Origin: an uncultured bacterium
Lineage (GTDB): Bacteria; Actinomycetota; Actinomycetes; S36-B12
Direction: 5' to 3'
DNA length: 64,000 nt
Assembly: GCA_903896585.1 (NCBI GenBank)
Contig: CAITYI010000261.1
Span: forward strand, 400-64,399
Position numbers and translations under genes: made by a program. Below, in pieces: positions 39,979 to 48,832 of this stretch (within the stretch, counting starts at the first letter, position 1; the number at the start of each line of letters is the position of its first letter). The notes below the pieces were generated by a model. That model was not told where the DNA came from, did no database searches, and was given only the letters and a program-made list of their open reading frames with translations.

Positions 39979-41166
39979 TTACTTGAACGCCGAAATGCCG
40001 GTCAACGCTTGGCCGATTACAAGGGTGTGCATTTCATTGGTGCCTTCATAGGTGAATACCGACTCCAGATTGTTCATGTGACGCATGATTGGATACTCGA
40101 GAGTTATTCCGTTGCCACCCAGAATGCTCCGGCATTCCCGAGCAATTGCAAGAGCCTCTCGCGCATTATTTAATTTTCCGAGTGAAATTTGCTCGGGTGA
40201 TACGCCAGTTGTGTCTTTGAGATTTGCCAAATGAATGGCAAGCAACATGCCTTTACCTAATTCGAGAGTCATGTCTGCCAGTTTTTTCTGCGTCAGCTGA
40301 TACCCGGCAATCGGACGGTCAAATTGCAGGCGATCAATTGCATAAGCAATTGTGGTGTCTAGACAGTCACGCGCTGCTCCCAAAGTACCGAACGCGATTC
40401 CAAATCGCGCTTCATTTAAACATGAAAGTGGGCCACGCAGTCCCCGAACAAGGGGAAGGACTGAGTCTGCTGGTAAGCGTACGTCAGTGAAAACCAACTC
40501 GCTGGTTACTGATGCCCGCAGCGACATTTTTTGGTGAATAAGATTGGCAACGAATCCCGGTGAATCAGTTGGAACAATGAAGCCTCGAATACCTTCATCC
40601 GTTTGTGCCCAGACAATGCAAACATCTGAGACGTTGCCATTGGTGATCCACATTTTGGAGCCATTAAGTATCCAGTCTGCATCCGATGATCCACCATCTC
40701 TGCGGGCATGAGTGCGCATTCCTTGAGGGTTGGATCCAAAATCTGCCTCGGTGAGGCCGAAGCAGCCAACGATGTCGCCCGCAGCCATGCCAGGAAGCCA
40801 CTGATTCTTTTGGTTATCGGAGCCGAATTCATGAATAGCAAACATGGCGAGTGATCCTTGGACACTGACTAGCGAACGAATTCCCGAGTCACCTGCTTCT
40901 AATTCCATAGCTGCTAATCCATATGCCAAGGCAGTAGTCCCGGCGCAGCCATATCCGTCCAAGTGCATTCCGAGTAACCCAAGAGCACCGAAATCCTTGG
41001 CCAATTCACGGGCAGGAATCTCCCCACGTTCAAACCAATCAGCAATATCAGGTTTGATGTGATTCTCTACATAGGCACGGACCACCGATTGAATGGCTCT
41101 ATCTTCCTCTGAGACAAGAACATCGACGTTAAAGAGCGCCAATGGTGAGGTGATGGGGCCGGTCAT
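39979..41166 (-). CDS. gcdH: glutaryl-CoA dehydrogenase-like acyl-CoA dehydrogenase
   Basis: 395 aa, collinear by eye with GCDH: CFGLTEADFGSNP, WITNG, QKKLADM, LGGNGI..EY and YEGT. Confidence 0.85.
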   Translation of the reverse strand: MTGPITSPLALFNVDVLVSEEDRAIQSVVRAYVENHIKPDIADWFERGEIPARELAKDFGALGLLGMHLDGYGCAGTTALAYGLAAMELEAGDSGIRSLVSVQGSLAMFAIHEFGSDNQKNQWLPGMAAGDIVGCFGLTEADFGSNPQGMRTHARRDGGSSDADWILNGSKMWITNGNVSDVCIVWAQTDEGIRGFIVPTDSPGFVANLIHQKMSLRASVTSELVFTDVRLPADSVLPLVRGLRGPLSCLNEARFGIAFGTLGAARDCLDTTIAYAIDRLQFDRPIAGYQLTQKKLADMTLELGKGMLLAIHLANLKDTTGVSPEQISLGKLNNAREALAIARECRSILGGNGITLEYPIMRHMNNLESVFTYEGTNEMHTLVIGQALTGISAFK

Positions 41167-41229
41167 TATGGGTGCCTTTCGAAGGGATCACAGGTGTATC
41201 CGAGTTTAGCCATTTGTTGGCAGATAGCT

Positions 41230-42597
41230 CTATTGGCCAAGGAGACGGCCAACCACTTGAGCCGCCCGTGATGGCTTACCGGTTCTATCTTCGTAGTCAT
41301 CTGCGCGTTGCATGATCTGAAGACCGGCATTTGCCCCCAACCACCGTAGCGGCTCCGGTTCCCATGGGGGAGATTGGTGATCTACCCATGGAAGGGTGGT
41401 GAGTTCGGATTGAGTTTCGGTAATTAAGTGGGCGAGGGTCTTACCGCCAAGGTGGCTGGTGCCGACACCATCACCTACGTAGCCACCGGACCAGCCTTGG
41501 CCGGTACTTCGATCCAGACCACATGATGCCCACCAGTCTCGGGCGATCCCTAGTGGTCCTCCCCAGGTATGCGTCACCCGCGAATCTCTGAGGACTGGAA
41601 ACATGTCCGTGAGAGTTTGCCACAACTCGCGGTGAACCTTGTGGTTTCGGTCTTGAGAGTCCGAAATACGTGAACCAAAAAAATATGGTGCACCGCGACC
41701 ACCAAATGCTATTCGATCGTCGGCAGTTCTTTGCCCATAAATAATGAGGTTCCGATAGTCAGAGAAGGTTTGGCGCTCACGAAGTCCGATTTCATCGATC
41801 TGCGCTCTCGGAATCGGCTCAGTAGCGAGCATAAGTGAATAGACGGGCGCCAAAGTTCGCTTTTGACCGCGAATGGTGCGGGTGTACCCCTCTGTTGCCC
41901 GAATTGTGATTGGCGCCCGGACTGAGCCAGTTCGTGTTCGAATAATCCCCGGCGACATTTCAATCACTGGTGAGTTTTGGAAAAATAGCACACCGTTTTT
42001 TTCGAGGTAGTGCACAAGTTCCTGTACGAGCAGATAAGGATTAATGGCTGCGCAGTGTGGTGTGAATGTGCCACCAAGAACATCAGTGGCCCCCAACTGT
42101 TGGAGTGTCTCTTCTCGATTCAGGTACATCAAATCGCTGCCCAGTCCCCATGACTGCATTTCTAGTACTGCAGCACGAGCACGCTCCTGTTGAATAGGGG
42201 TTCGGGCAGCCACAACAGTGCCACCATGTGCCCAGTCGACACTCCAGTTGTGATCATTTATGACCGCACCAATGTCACTGATGTTGTCCACCATGGCTCG
42301 ATGCATGCGCAGGGCGGCTTGATTGGACGTGGAACGAGCAAGAGCGGTCAAATGAGCAGGAAAGAGAGCAGAGACCCACCCACCGTTACGACCGCTGGCC
42401 CCAAAACCAGGATTGCGGGCATCGACAATACAAATTGCGATTGTTGGATCGAGCTTCTTCAGGTAATAGGCGGTCCACAGTCCGGTGAATCCACCTCCGA
42501 CAACAGCGACATCCGCTGAAATGTTTTCATCCAATGAAGGTCCAACAGGGATTTCACCGGTCATGAGACTTGAGTCGACCCACAGAGATTGATTCAT
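41230..42597 (-). CDS. DAO-family FAD-dependent oxidoreductase (amine/amino-acid oxidase type)
   Basis: VAVVGGGFTGLWTAYYL dinucleotide fold and GASGRNGGW motif. ATG 42597 forms an ATGA overlap with the upstream stop; the track start GTG 42615 is also possible. Confidence 0.75.
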   Translation of the reverse strand: MNQSLWVDSSLMTGEIPVGPSLDENISADVAVVGGGFTGLWTAYYLKKLDPTIAICIVDARNPGFGASGRNGGWVSALFPAHLTALARSTSNQAALRMHRAMVDNISDIGAVINDHNWSVDWAHGGTVVAARTPIQQERARAAVLEMQSWGLGSDLMYLNREETLQQLGATDVLGGTFTPHCAAINPYLLVQELVHYLEKNGVLFFQNSPVIEMSPGIIRTRTGSVRAPITIRATEGYTRTIRGQKRTLAPVYSLMLATEPIPRAQIDEIGLRERQTFSDYRNLIIYGQRTADDRIAFGGRGAPYFFGSRISDSQDRNHKVHRELWQTLTDMFPVLRDSRVTHTWGGPLGIARDWWASCGLDRSTGQGWSGGYVGDGVGTSHLGGKTLAHLITETQSELTTLPWVDHQSPPWEPEPLRWLGANAGLQIMQRADDYEDRTGKPSRAAQVVGRLLGQ

Positions 42598-43268
42598 GTT
42601 TTGTGGGCTTTCCACGTGCGAATATACGCTGGAATGAGAGTGTTTGTTGGCACCTGGGGATCAGGAATTGGATCGCCATATGAATAATTGATGGGTACAA
42701 CCCCAGCCCAAAGATCCCGACCTTGGGGTGTGTGAAGATCCGCTGGGTTATCGTCGGGATCTCCTTCGCCAACTTTCACCGACCATTCGGTGATATTCAT
42801 GGCGAGAGTGTAAGTGGCTTTGAGTTCTTGCGATGTCGGTTGCCGGGCATCATTCCAACGTCCAGGCATGAGATGTTCCGTGATTGTCTGAAGTGCCGCA
42901 ATTTCGGAATCCCCTTCGAGAAGGGTGAAAGTTCCGAAGATCATGACAGAGCGGTAATTCATACTGGATTCAAATAGGCTCCGAGCAAGAACGAGACCGT
43001 CGAGGATCGTCACTGTTGCGCATGCGGGGGACCCTGCGGCTAGGACTTTAAAGAGCCGTGATGCTGCGGAGCCGTGAATAAGGAATTGTTCATTTAAGCG
43101 AGCATAGGCGACCGGAACAACGATGGGGGATTCGTGATCAACGGTTCCGATATGGGCAACTAAACCGGCATCGAGGATCTGATTCATTAGTCCCCGATCC
43201 ACGCTTGCCTTTTCAGGTAGCCGCTTGACTCGAGTGAAGTCTGGGTCACGCATGGTCGGACCCGTCAC
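42594..43268 (-). CDS. pyridoxamine 5'-phosphate oxidase-like (split-barrel flavin/deazaflavin-binding) protein
   Basis: 224 aa. The N-terminal pattern RLPEKASVDRGLMNQILDAGLVAHIGTV...PIVVPVAYAR...LIHGSAASR is typical of the PNPOx-like fold. GTGA overlap with the aminotransferase stop. Confidence 0.65.
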   Translation of the reverse strand: MTGPTMRDPDFTRVKRLPEKASVDRGLMNQILDAGLVAHIGTVDHESPIVVPVAYARLNEQFLIHGSAASRLFKVLAAGSPACATVTILDGLVLARSLFESSMNYRSVMIFGTFTLLEGDSEIAALQTITEHLMPGRWNDARQPTSQELKATYTLAMNITEWSVKVGEGDPDDNPADLHTPQGRDLWAGVVPINYSYGDPIPDPQVPTNTLIPAYIRTWKAHKT

Positions 43269-44665
43269 AGAATTTCGAGGGCACCTGTCAGCACCGTCCG
43301 AAGTTTCTGTTCGATTTCGTCGAATTCAGGTTGCCCAATAATGAGTGGGGGAGCCAACTGAATGACCGGATCTCCTCGGTCATCGGCTCGACAGTAAAGA
43401 CCATTCTCGAATAGTGCTTTGGAGAGGTATCCGCGAAGAAGCCGCTCACTTTCATTTTCGTTGAATGTTTCCCGGGTTACCTTGTCTTTGACCAATTCGA
43501 TGCCATAGAAATAGCCGGCTCCACGAATATCTCCAACAATGGGTAGGTCACTTAACTTCTCCAGCGTTCGGCGAAAATTTCCCTCATTCTCCAATACGTT
43601 TTGATTGAGACCTTCCCTTTCGAAAATATCCAGATTTGCCATGGCAACTGCTGCCGAGACCGGATGACCGCCCCAGGTATACCCGTGAAGGAATGCCGTC
43701 GTCCCATTTTTGAAGGGTTCAAAGAGTCGGTCACTGGCGATCATTGCCCCCAATGGGGAGTAACCAGAGGTCATGCCTTTGGCGCAAGTAATGATGTCCG
43801 GTGTAACGCCGAATCTATTCATGGCAAAGAAGTCACCGATTCGGCCAAATGCCGTAATTGTTTCGTCTGCCACCATGAGAACGTCGTACCGATCACATAT
43901 TTCGCGTACCCGTTCTAAATATCCGGGAGGGGGTGGAAAGCATCCACCGGAGTTTTGTACTGGTTCGATAAAAACCGCGGCGACACTATCGGGTCCTTCG
44001 AACTCTATTGCTTCGGCAATTCGATCGGCGGCCCAAAGACCAAAAGCTTTTTCATCGCCTCGAAATTCTTCGGGAGCACGGTAGAAATTTGTATTGGGTA
44101 CCTTTACTCCTCCGGGAACAAGAGGTTCGAATGGAATTTTCGCAGCGGGAATGCCGGTGATACTCAGCGCACCCTGTGGTGTTCCGTGGTAGGCGATCGA
44201 GCGGCTGATCACCTTGTATTTGGTGGGTTTGCCGGTGAGTTTGAAGAATTGCTTCGCCAGTTTCCACGCAGTTTCAACAGCCTCACCACCACCGGAAGTG
44301 AAAAATACTCTGTTTAAATCGCCCGGTGCTAGGTGGGCGAGGCGCTCCGCGAGCAAAATGGCCTGGGGGTGTGCATAGGACCAGATGGGGAAAAAGGCGA
44401 GCTCCTCTGCCTGTTTGGCGGCAGCTTGCGCAAGTTCCTTTCGCCCATGCCCTGCCTGAACGGTAAACAATCCCGAGAGTCCATCAAAGTACTTATTGCC
44501 TTGATCGTCCCAGATATAAGCACCATCGCCCTTGGTGATTACGGGGACATGTCCACCATCAAAGTAGGTGGAATGCCTGGTGAAATGCATCCAGAGGTGA
44601 TCGCGAGCTTTATCGGCCAAGTTGTCTTGTCCTGATTCGGTCACGTATTGCGGCGTTGTTGTCAT
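43265..44665 (-). CDS. class-III (omega-amino) aminotransferase
   Basis: About 466 aa with SGGGEAVETAWKLA, the DETITAFGR (DE-x-x-x-GR) motif and the PLP lysine context CAKGMTSGY. ATG 44665 forms an ATGA overlap with the Lrp stop. Confidence 0.85.
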   Translation of the reverse strand: MTTTPQYVTESGQDNLADKARDHLWMHFTRHSTYFDGGHVPVITKGDGAYIWDDQGNKYFDGLSGLFTVQAGHGRKELAQAAAKQAEELAFFPIWSYAHPQAILLAERLAHLAPGDLNRVFFTSGGGEAVETAWKLAKQFFKLTGKPTKYKVISRSIAYHGTPQGALSITGIPAAKIPFEPLVPGGVKVPNTNFYRAPEEFRGDEKAFGLWAADRIAEAIEFEGPDSVAAVFIEPVQNSGGCFPPPPGYLERVREICDRYDVLMVADETITAFGRIGDFFAMNRFGVTPDIITCAKGMTSGYSPLGAMIASDRLFEPFKNGTTAFLHGYTWGGHPVSAAVAMANLDIFEREGLNQNVLENEGNFRRTLEKLSDLPIVGDIRGAGYFYGIELVKDKVTRETFNENESERLLRGYLSKALFENGLYCRADDRGDPVIQLAPPLIIGQPEFDEIEQKLRTVLTGALEIL

Positions 44666-45132
44666 CTGGTTCCCCATGTGTAGGTTTGCTTGCGAAGGTT
44701 GAGGTACATGAATGTTTCGGTTGATAACACCCCTGGCATCGATCGGATCTGGCGGTTGACCACATCAAGCAGATGATGATCATCTTCTGTAACGCATTCG
44801 GCGAGGATGTCGTACTTGCCTGCCACCACGACCATGTAGGCAATCTCGGGTAGTTTCTCTAATTTATCTGCCACCGCATCCACATCGCCTTGCACGGTAA
44901 TTCCGATCATGGCTGATCTGGTGAAACCAACCTGTGTTGGATCAGTGACTGCCACAATTTGCATGATGCCCATATCGTGCAGCTTTTGTACCCGTTGTCG
45001 AACCGCAGCTTCGGAGAGACCCACTGCTTTTCCAATTGTTGCGTAAGGGCGGCGACCGTCCTGTTGGAGTTGTTCAATAATGGCTTTTGAAGCGTCATCA
45101 AGTGGAGCGGGTGATGTCCGGGATCTTGCCAT
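44662..45132 (-). CDS. Lrp/AsnC family transcriptional regulator
   Basis: 156 aa with the HTH YATIGKAVGLSEAAVRQRVQKL plus a C-terminal RAM/ligand domain. Confidence 0.88.
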   Translation of the reverse strand: MARSRTSPAPLDDASKAIIEQLQQDGRRPYATIGKAVGLSEAAVRQRVQKLHDMGIMQIVAVTDPTQVGFTRSAMIGITVQGDVDAVADKLEKLPEIAYMVVVAGKYDILAECVTEDDHHLLDVVNRQIRSMPGVLSTETFMYLNLRKQTYTWGTR

Positions 45133-45134
45133 GC

Positions 45135-45150
45135 GTCCATCTTGATGGAC
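45135..45150. promoter_or_regulatory. palindrome GTCCATC-TT-GATGGAC abutting the Lrp start codon
   Basis: Read directly. It occupies -3 to -18 relative to the Lrp ATG (45132), where a Shine-Dalgarno would be expected. An AT-rich spacer with two AAATGTC direct repeats (45192-45198, 45212-45218) follows. Confidence 0.35.
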
Positions 45151-45292
45151 GAAAGTGCATTTGGCAAGTAAATCCGCAGGAAATCAATTAAAAATGTCCG
45201 GAAAACGAATCAAATGTCAGTTTTTACTAATGAAATCACAATCCTGGAGGTAGGCTTCACCAGGAGATATGGCCGATCTGGGAGGAATCACG

Positions 45293-46735
45293 ATGACAAA
45301 AGAGTTAAAGAATTTCGTTGGCGGTGAGTTCGTCTCAACCCGCGATGGAGTGTCAACCGAATTAGTCAATCCGACAACGGGGGAGGTCTTTGCCACTGCA
45401 CCGGTGTCAGGTCCCGCCGATATTGATCAAGCGTATGCCGCAGCGGCCAGCGCATTTGACTCGTGGAAAAACACCACCCCCTCGGATCGCCAGCAGGCAC
45501 TTCTAAAAATCGCTCAAGTGTTTGAAGATCATGCTGAAGAGCTTGTCGCGGTGGAGAGTGAGAATACGGGTAAACCAATCGCGGTCACCATGTCTGAGGA
45601 GATCCCTCCCATGGTGGATCAAATCCGATTCTTTGCTGGTGCGGCGCGGGTACTTGAGGGTAAAGCTGCCGGGGAGTATATGCAAGGTTTCACATCCATG
45701 ATTCGCCGTGAACCCATTGGTGTGATCGGCCAAGTGACTCCGTGGAACTATCCCATGATGATGGCGGTGTGGAAGTACATTCCCGCCATAGCGGCCGGAA
45801 ACACGGTTGTTCTCAAACCGAGCGATACCACCCCCGCATCCACCCTGAAAATGGCTGAACTTATTGCGCAGTCAGATGCACTGCCCCCTGGTGTGCTCAA
45901 TATCGTGTGCGGGGATCGGGATACAGGTAAGGCACTCGTTGAACATAAGACCCCGCAGATGGTGTCAATCACCGGGTCAGTGCGAGCGGGTATGCAAGTC
46001 GCGCAGTCGGCCGCACTTGATGTGAAACGAGTGCATCTCGAGTTGGGCGGCAAGGCACCCGTACTCGTATTTGACGATGCTGATATTGAAGCCGCCGCAG
46101 AGTGGTTGGCGGTCGCTGGGTTCTTCAATGCAGGTCAGGATTGCACTGCTGCAACTCGCATGTTAGTCGCTCCTCGAATCTACGATGATTTTGTTGCTGC
46201 CATGGCGGAGCAAGCAGTGGGTACAGCAACCACCTTCGCCGACGGACCGAGTGGGGAAGGCCTAGTTCCTCCGGTAAACAATATGCACCACATGGATCGG
46301 GTTTTGGGTTTCTTAGAACGCGCTCCCAAACATGCTCAGGTTGTTGCTGGAGGATCTCGTCAGGGAGACCGAGGTTTCTACATCTCACCAACGGTTGTTG
46401 CTGGATTGCAGCAGGAAGACGAAATGATTCAAAATGAAATTTTCGGTCCAGTAATTACAATTCAGAAGTTCGATGATGAAGCCCAAGCACTTGCATATGC
46501 CAATGGAGTGAATTACGGATTGGCGTCCTCGGTGTGGACCAAGGATTTCGGTCGCGCCATGCGAATGGCAAAAGGGCTTGATTTTGGGTGCGTCTGGATC
46601 AATACCCACATTCCGCTAGTGGCAGAGATGCCCCATGGTGGCTTCAAGCACTCAGGCTATGGAAAGGATTTATCCATGTATGGGTTTGAGGACTACACGA
46701 GAATCAAGCACGTCATGGCAAATATAGAGTCATAA
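45293..46735 (+). CDS. NAD-dependent aldehyde dehydrogenase (aminoaldehyde / semialdehyde type)
   Basis: MTKELKNFVGGEFV N-terminus, PWNYP, ELGGKAP and the catalytic Cys in GQDCTAATR. The track ORF begins at 45269. Confidence 0.88.
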   Translation: MTKELKNFVGGEFVSTRDGVSTELVNPTTGEVFATAPVSGPADIDQAYAAAASAFDSWKNTTPSDRQQALLKIAQVFEDHAEELVAVESENTGKPIAVTMSEEIPPMVDQIRFFAGAARVLEGKAAGEYMQGFTSMIRREPIGVIGQVTPWNYPMMMAVWKYIPAIAAGNTVVLKPSDTTPASTLKMAELIAQSDALPPGVLNIVCGDRDTGKALVEHKTPQMVSITGSVRAGMQVAQSAALDVKRVHLELGGKAPVLVFDDADIEAAAEWLAVAGFFNAGQDCTAATRMLVAPRIYDDFVAAMAEQAVGTATTFADGPSGEGLVPPVNNMHHMDRVLGFLERAPKHAQVVAGGSRQGDRGFYISPTVVAGLQQEDEMIQNEIFGPVITIQKFDDEAQALAYANGVNYGLASSVWTKDFGRAMRMAKGLDFGCVWINTHIPLVAEMPHGGFKHSGYGKDLSMYGFEDYTRIKHVMANIES

Positions 46736-46750
46736 ACGGAACAAGATTTC

Positions 46751-46792
46751 ATAAGTGTGGGGCTGGACCAAGTGGTCCAGCCCCACACTTAT
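46751..46792. terminator. bidirectional intrinsic-terminator-like hairpin (20-bp perfect inverted repeat)
   Basis: ATAAGTGTGGGGCTGGACCA-AG-TGGTCCAGCCCCACACTTAT lies between the convergent stops at 46735 (+) and 46810 (-). A GTGTTT tract follows on the + strand. Confidence 0.8.
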
Positions 46793-46809
46793 GTGGTGTT
46801 TCAGGGTGA

Positions 46810-48036
46810 TTAGTTGCCACCCTCATTGAGTGTGACCTCAATGGGTGCGTATCCGTCACCCGTTACGTTGAGACCTTCTGCAGTCAGTGCTGCATCGGCC
46901 GCCTCTGCGTATTGATTTGTGTACGACTCCGCATCTGGTGCGGCTGAAACAATTGCAATGCCGTCTAGGTTCTTGGTGCCGGTAGCAACTGCAACCGTCT
47001 GATCCCAAAGGACAGGATCAATAACGCCAATGCCGGAAGGTGATGGCCAGATCAGTTTGTTGACCTCGTTCATCATCCAGAGTTGGTGGCTGGCTCCAAG
47101 TTTTGAACCGTTTGCCGTAATGATGTCTGCACATTGCTGTGCGTTATCGCGGCAGTGGATCCAGCCCTTGAGTGAAGCGGTTACGAATCGCTGGGTGGTG
47201 TCCTGATAGGCAGGATCGCTCAATCGCTCTTGCGAAGCCCAAATGGCATCCTGGTACATGGCAACACCAAAGTCGTTCCAGTTGATGACATTGAAGTCTT
47301 CTGGCTGGTACAACTCGCCGGTCTCTGGATTGACTGCTTCCAAAACCTGGGCATACTCGTTGTAGGTCATGGCCTGGGCAGCATCGATATCGCGGCTCAA
47401 CAGCGCTTGCATATCAAATTGCTGCTGCACGAGTTCCAGATCACCTGAGGCGTCCAGTCCCGCTCCACTGATTCCAGCGAACAGTTCGTATTCGTTACCG
47501 AATCCCCAGTTACCGACCTTTTTGCCGGCGAGATCTTCAGGTGTTGTGATGCCTGAATCAGCCCACGAGACCTGAAGGGTGCCGGAGCGTTGGTAGACCT
47601 GCGCCACGTTAGTAATCAAAGCTCCTTGCTCCCGTGAGGAGAGCGCCTTGGGTACCCACGCAATGGCGAAGTCCGCTCCACCCTGTGCAAGAACTGTCTG
47701 GGGAACAATGTCCACGCCACCTTCAAGGATGGTGACGTCAAGGCATTGTTCTTCGTAGAACCCAAGATCCTTGGCGGCGTAATAGCCACCAAATTGGGCT
47801 TGCACGAACCACTGCAGTTGCAAACTGACAGGTGTGAGTTCGGTGCATGCAGCCGCAGTTTCATCTGTGGCCGTTTCAGTTGCTGTCTCTTCAGCAGCAG
47901 TCTCTTCAGCAGCGGCGGCGGTTTCGGTTGCAGCATCGGTGCTGTCCGAATCACTACTGCACGCTGATAGAGCGAGAGCTGCAACTGCTGCAATACCCAC
48001 TACTCGGGTAAAGCGGCTACGAGCTGTTACGCGCAT
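46810..48036 (-). CDS. ABC transporter substrate-binding lipoprotein, NMT1/THI5/ThiY-SsuA-like
   Basis: ATG 48036 follows AGGAGGA. Signal peptide with lipobox LSAC, then a low-complexity Thr/Ala/Glu linker. The core QLQWFVQAQFGGYYAAKDLGFYEEQCLDVTILEGG resembles the N-terminal motif of TauT/NitT-family binding proteins. The track ORF begins at 48111. Confidence 0.8.
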   Translation of the reverse strand: MRVTARSRFTRVVGIAAVAALALSACSSDSDSTDAATETAAAAEETAAEETATETATDETAAACTELTPVSLQLQWFVQAQFGGYYAAKDLGFYEEQCLDVTILEGGVDIVPQTVLAQGGADFAIAWVPKALSSREQGALITNVAQVYQRSGTLQVSWADSGITTPEDLAGKKVGNWGFGNEYELFAGISGAGLDASGDLELVQQQFDMQALLSRDIDAAQAMTYNEYAQVLEAVNPETGELYQPEDFNVINWNDFGVAMYQDAIWASQERLSDPAYQDTTQRFVTASLKGWIHCRDNAQQCADIITANGSKLGASHQLWMMNEVNKLIWPSPSGIGVIDPVLWDQTVAVATGTKNLDGIAIVSAAPDAESYTNQYAEAADAALTAEGLNVTGDGYAPIEVTLNEGGN

Positions 48037-48055
48037 TGTTCCTCCTGTTTGTGAT

Positions 48056-48832
48056 TCAGGTCGACCGAGACCGACCTGTCCATGGTGTTGTCCATTTTTC
48101 AAGGGCCACAACTATTAAATAGAAGATGAGACCAGTGATAATGGAAGCAACCACGTACGCCCAAGCTCGGCCGTACGCAGTGTTGGCAGCCGCACCTGCT
48201 ATTCGGCTGCCAAGTCCTTCTTGGGGTCCGCCGAAATACTCGGCAACCAGTGCTGCAATGACCGCGAGGGGTGCAGCGATCTTGAGTCCGGTAAAAAAGA
48301 ATGGAATAGCATTTGGAATTCGTAAAACTCGCAGTGTCATGCGGGGCTTGGCGTTCAAGGAACGCATCAGTTCTAATTGCACAGGCTGCACCTGCAATAA
48401 GCCTCGAGTGACGTTCACGAACATGGGGAACAGCACAATGATCATGGTCACCAGGACCCTTGGAGTTCGGCTGGTGATGTTGAACATGTTGTTCAGTATG
48501 GGAGTCAATGCGATAATGGGAACTGTTGCCAGCCCCGCTGCTAGTGGGGTAATCAGACGATTAACCACAATCAATCTTTGGGCCAGCAGGGACATGATTA
48601 ATGCTGCAATGGTTCCAAAGACTAATCCGAGAAATGCGGTGGTGCCCGTGTAATAAGCAGCTGCCCACATCAGGGATACGTCAGAAGTGAAGTTTTCAGC
48701 AATCAGTGACGGAGCCGGCAGTAGGTAGGGCTGGATATCATTAGCAATGACGAGCAACTGCCATGCACCAAGGAATAGTGCAGCGATCAGAACAGGCGGC
48801 CAAATAAGGCTCAAGCTAAGGCGTTTGGTCAT
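48056..48832 (-). CDS. ABC transporter permease (TauT/NitT type)
   Basis: 258 aa, polytopic, with the binding-protein-dependent EAA-like loop (MRSLNAKPRMTLRVLRIPNAIP). TAATG overlap with the ATPase. Confidence 0.85.
   Translation of the reverse strand: MTKRLSLSLIWPPVLIAALFLGAWQLLVIANDIQPYLLPAPSLIAENFTSDVSLMWAAAYYTGTTAFLGLVFGTIAALIMSLLAQRLIVVNRLITPLAAGLATVPIIALTPILNNMFNITSRTPRVLVTMIIVLFPMFVNVTRGLLQVQPVQLELMRSLNAKPRMTLRVLRIPNAIPFFFTGLKIAAPLAVIAALVAEYFGGPQEGLGSRIAGAAANTAYGRAWAYVVASIITGLIFYLIVVALEKWTTPWTGRSRST

Noticed and set aside
46810-48111. Thiamine/HMP (ThiXYZ) transporter under a TPP riboswitch
   Set aside because: The binding-protein gene is the last cistron of the pyd operon. I found no TPP-riboswitch core (CUGAGA...ACCUGA) upstream of it or of the operon, and thiL at 2382 is unlinked.
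48126-48653. 175-aa plus-strand ORF inside the ABC permease gene; similar antisense ORFs occur at 14419-14923 and 50507-51128
   Set aside because: These are shadow ORFs opposite long, motif-supported minus- or plus-strand genes, typical of GC-skewed codon usage.
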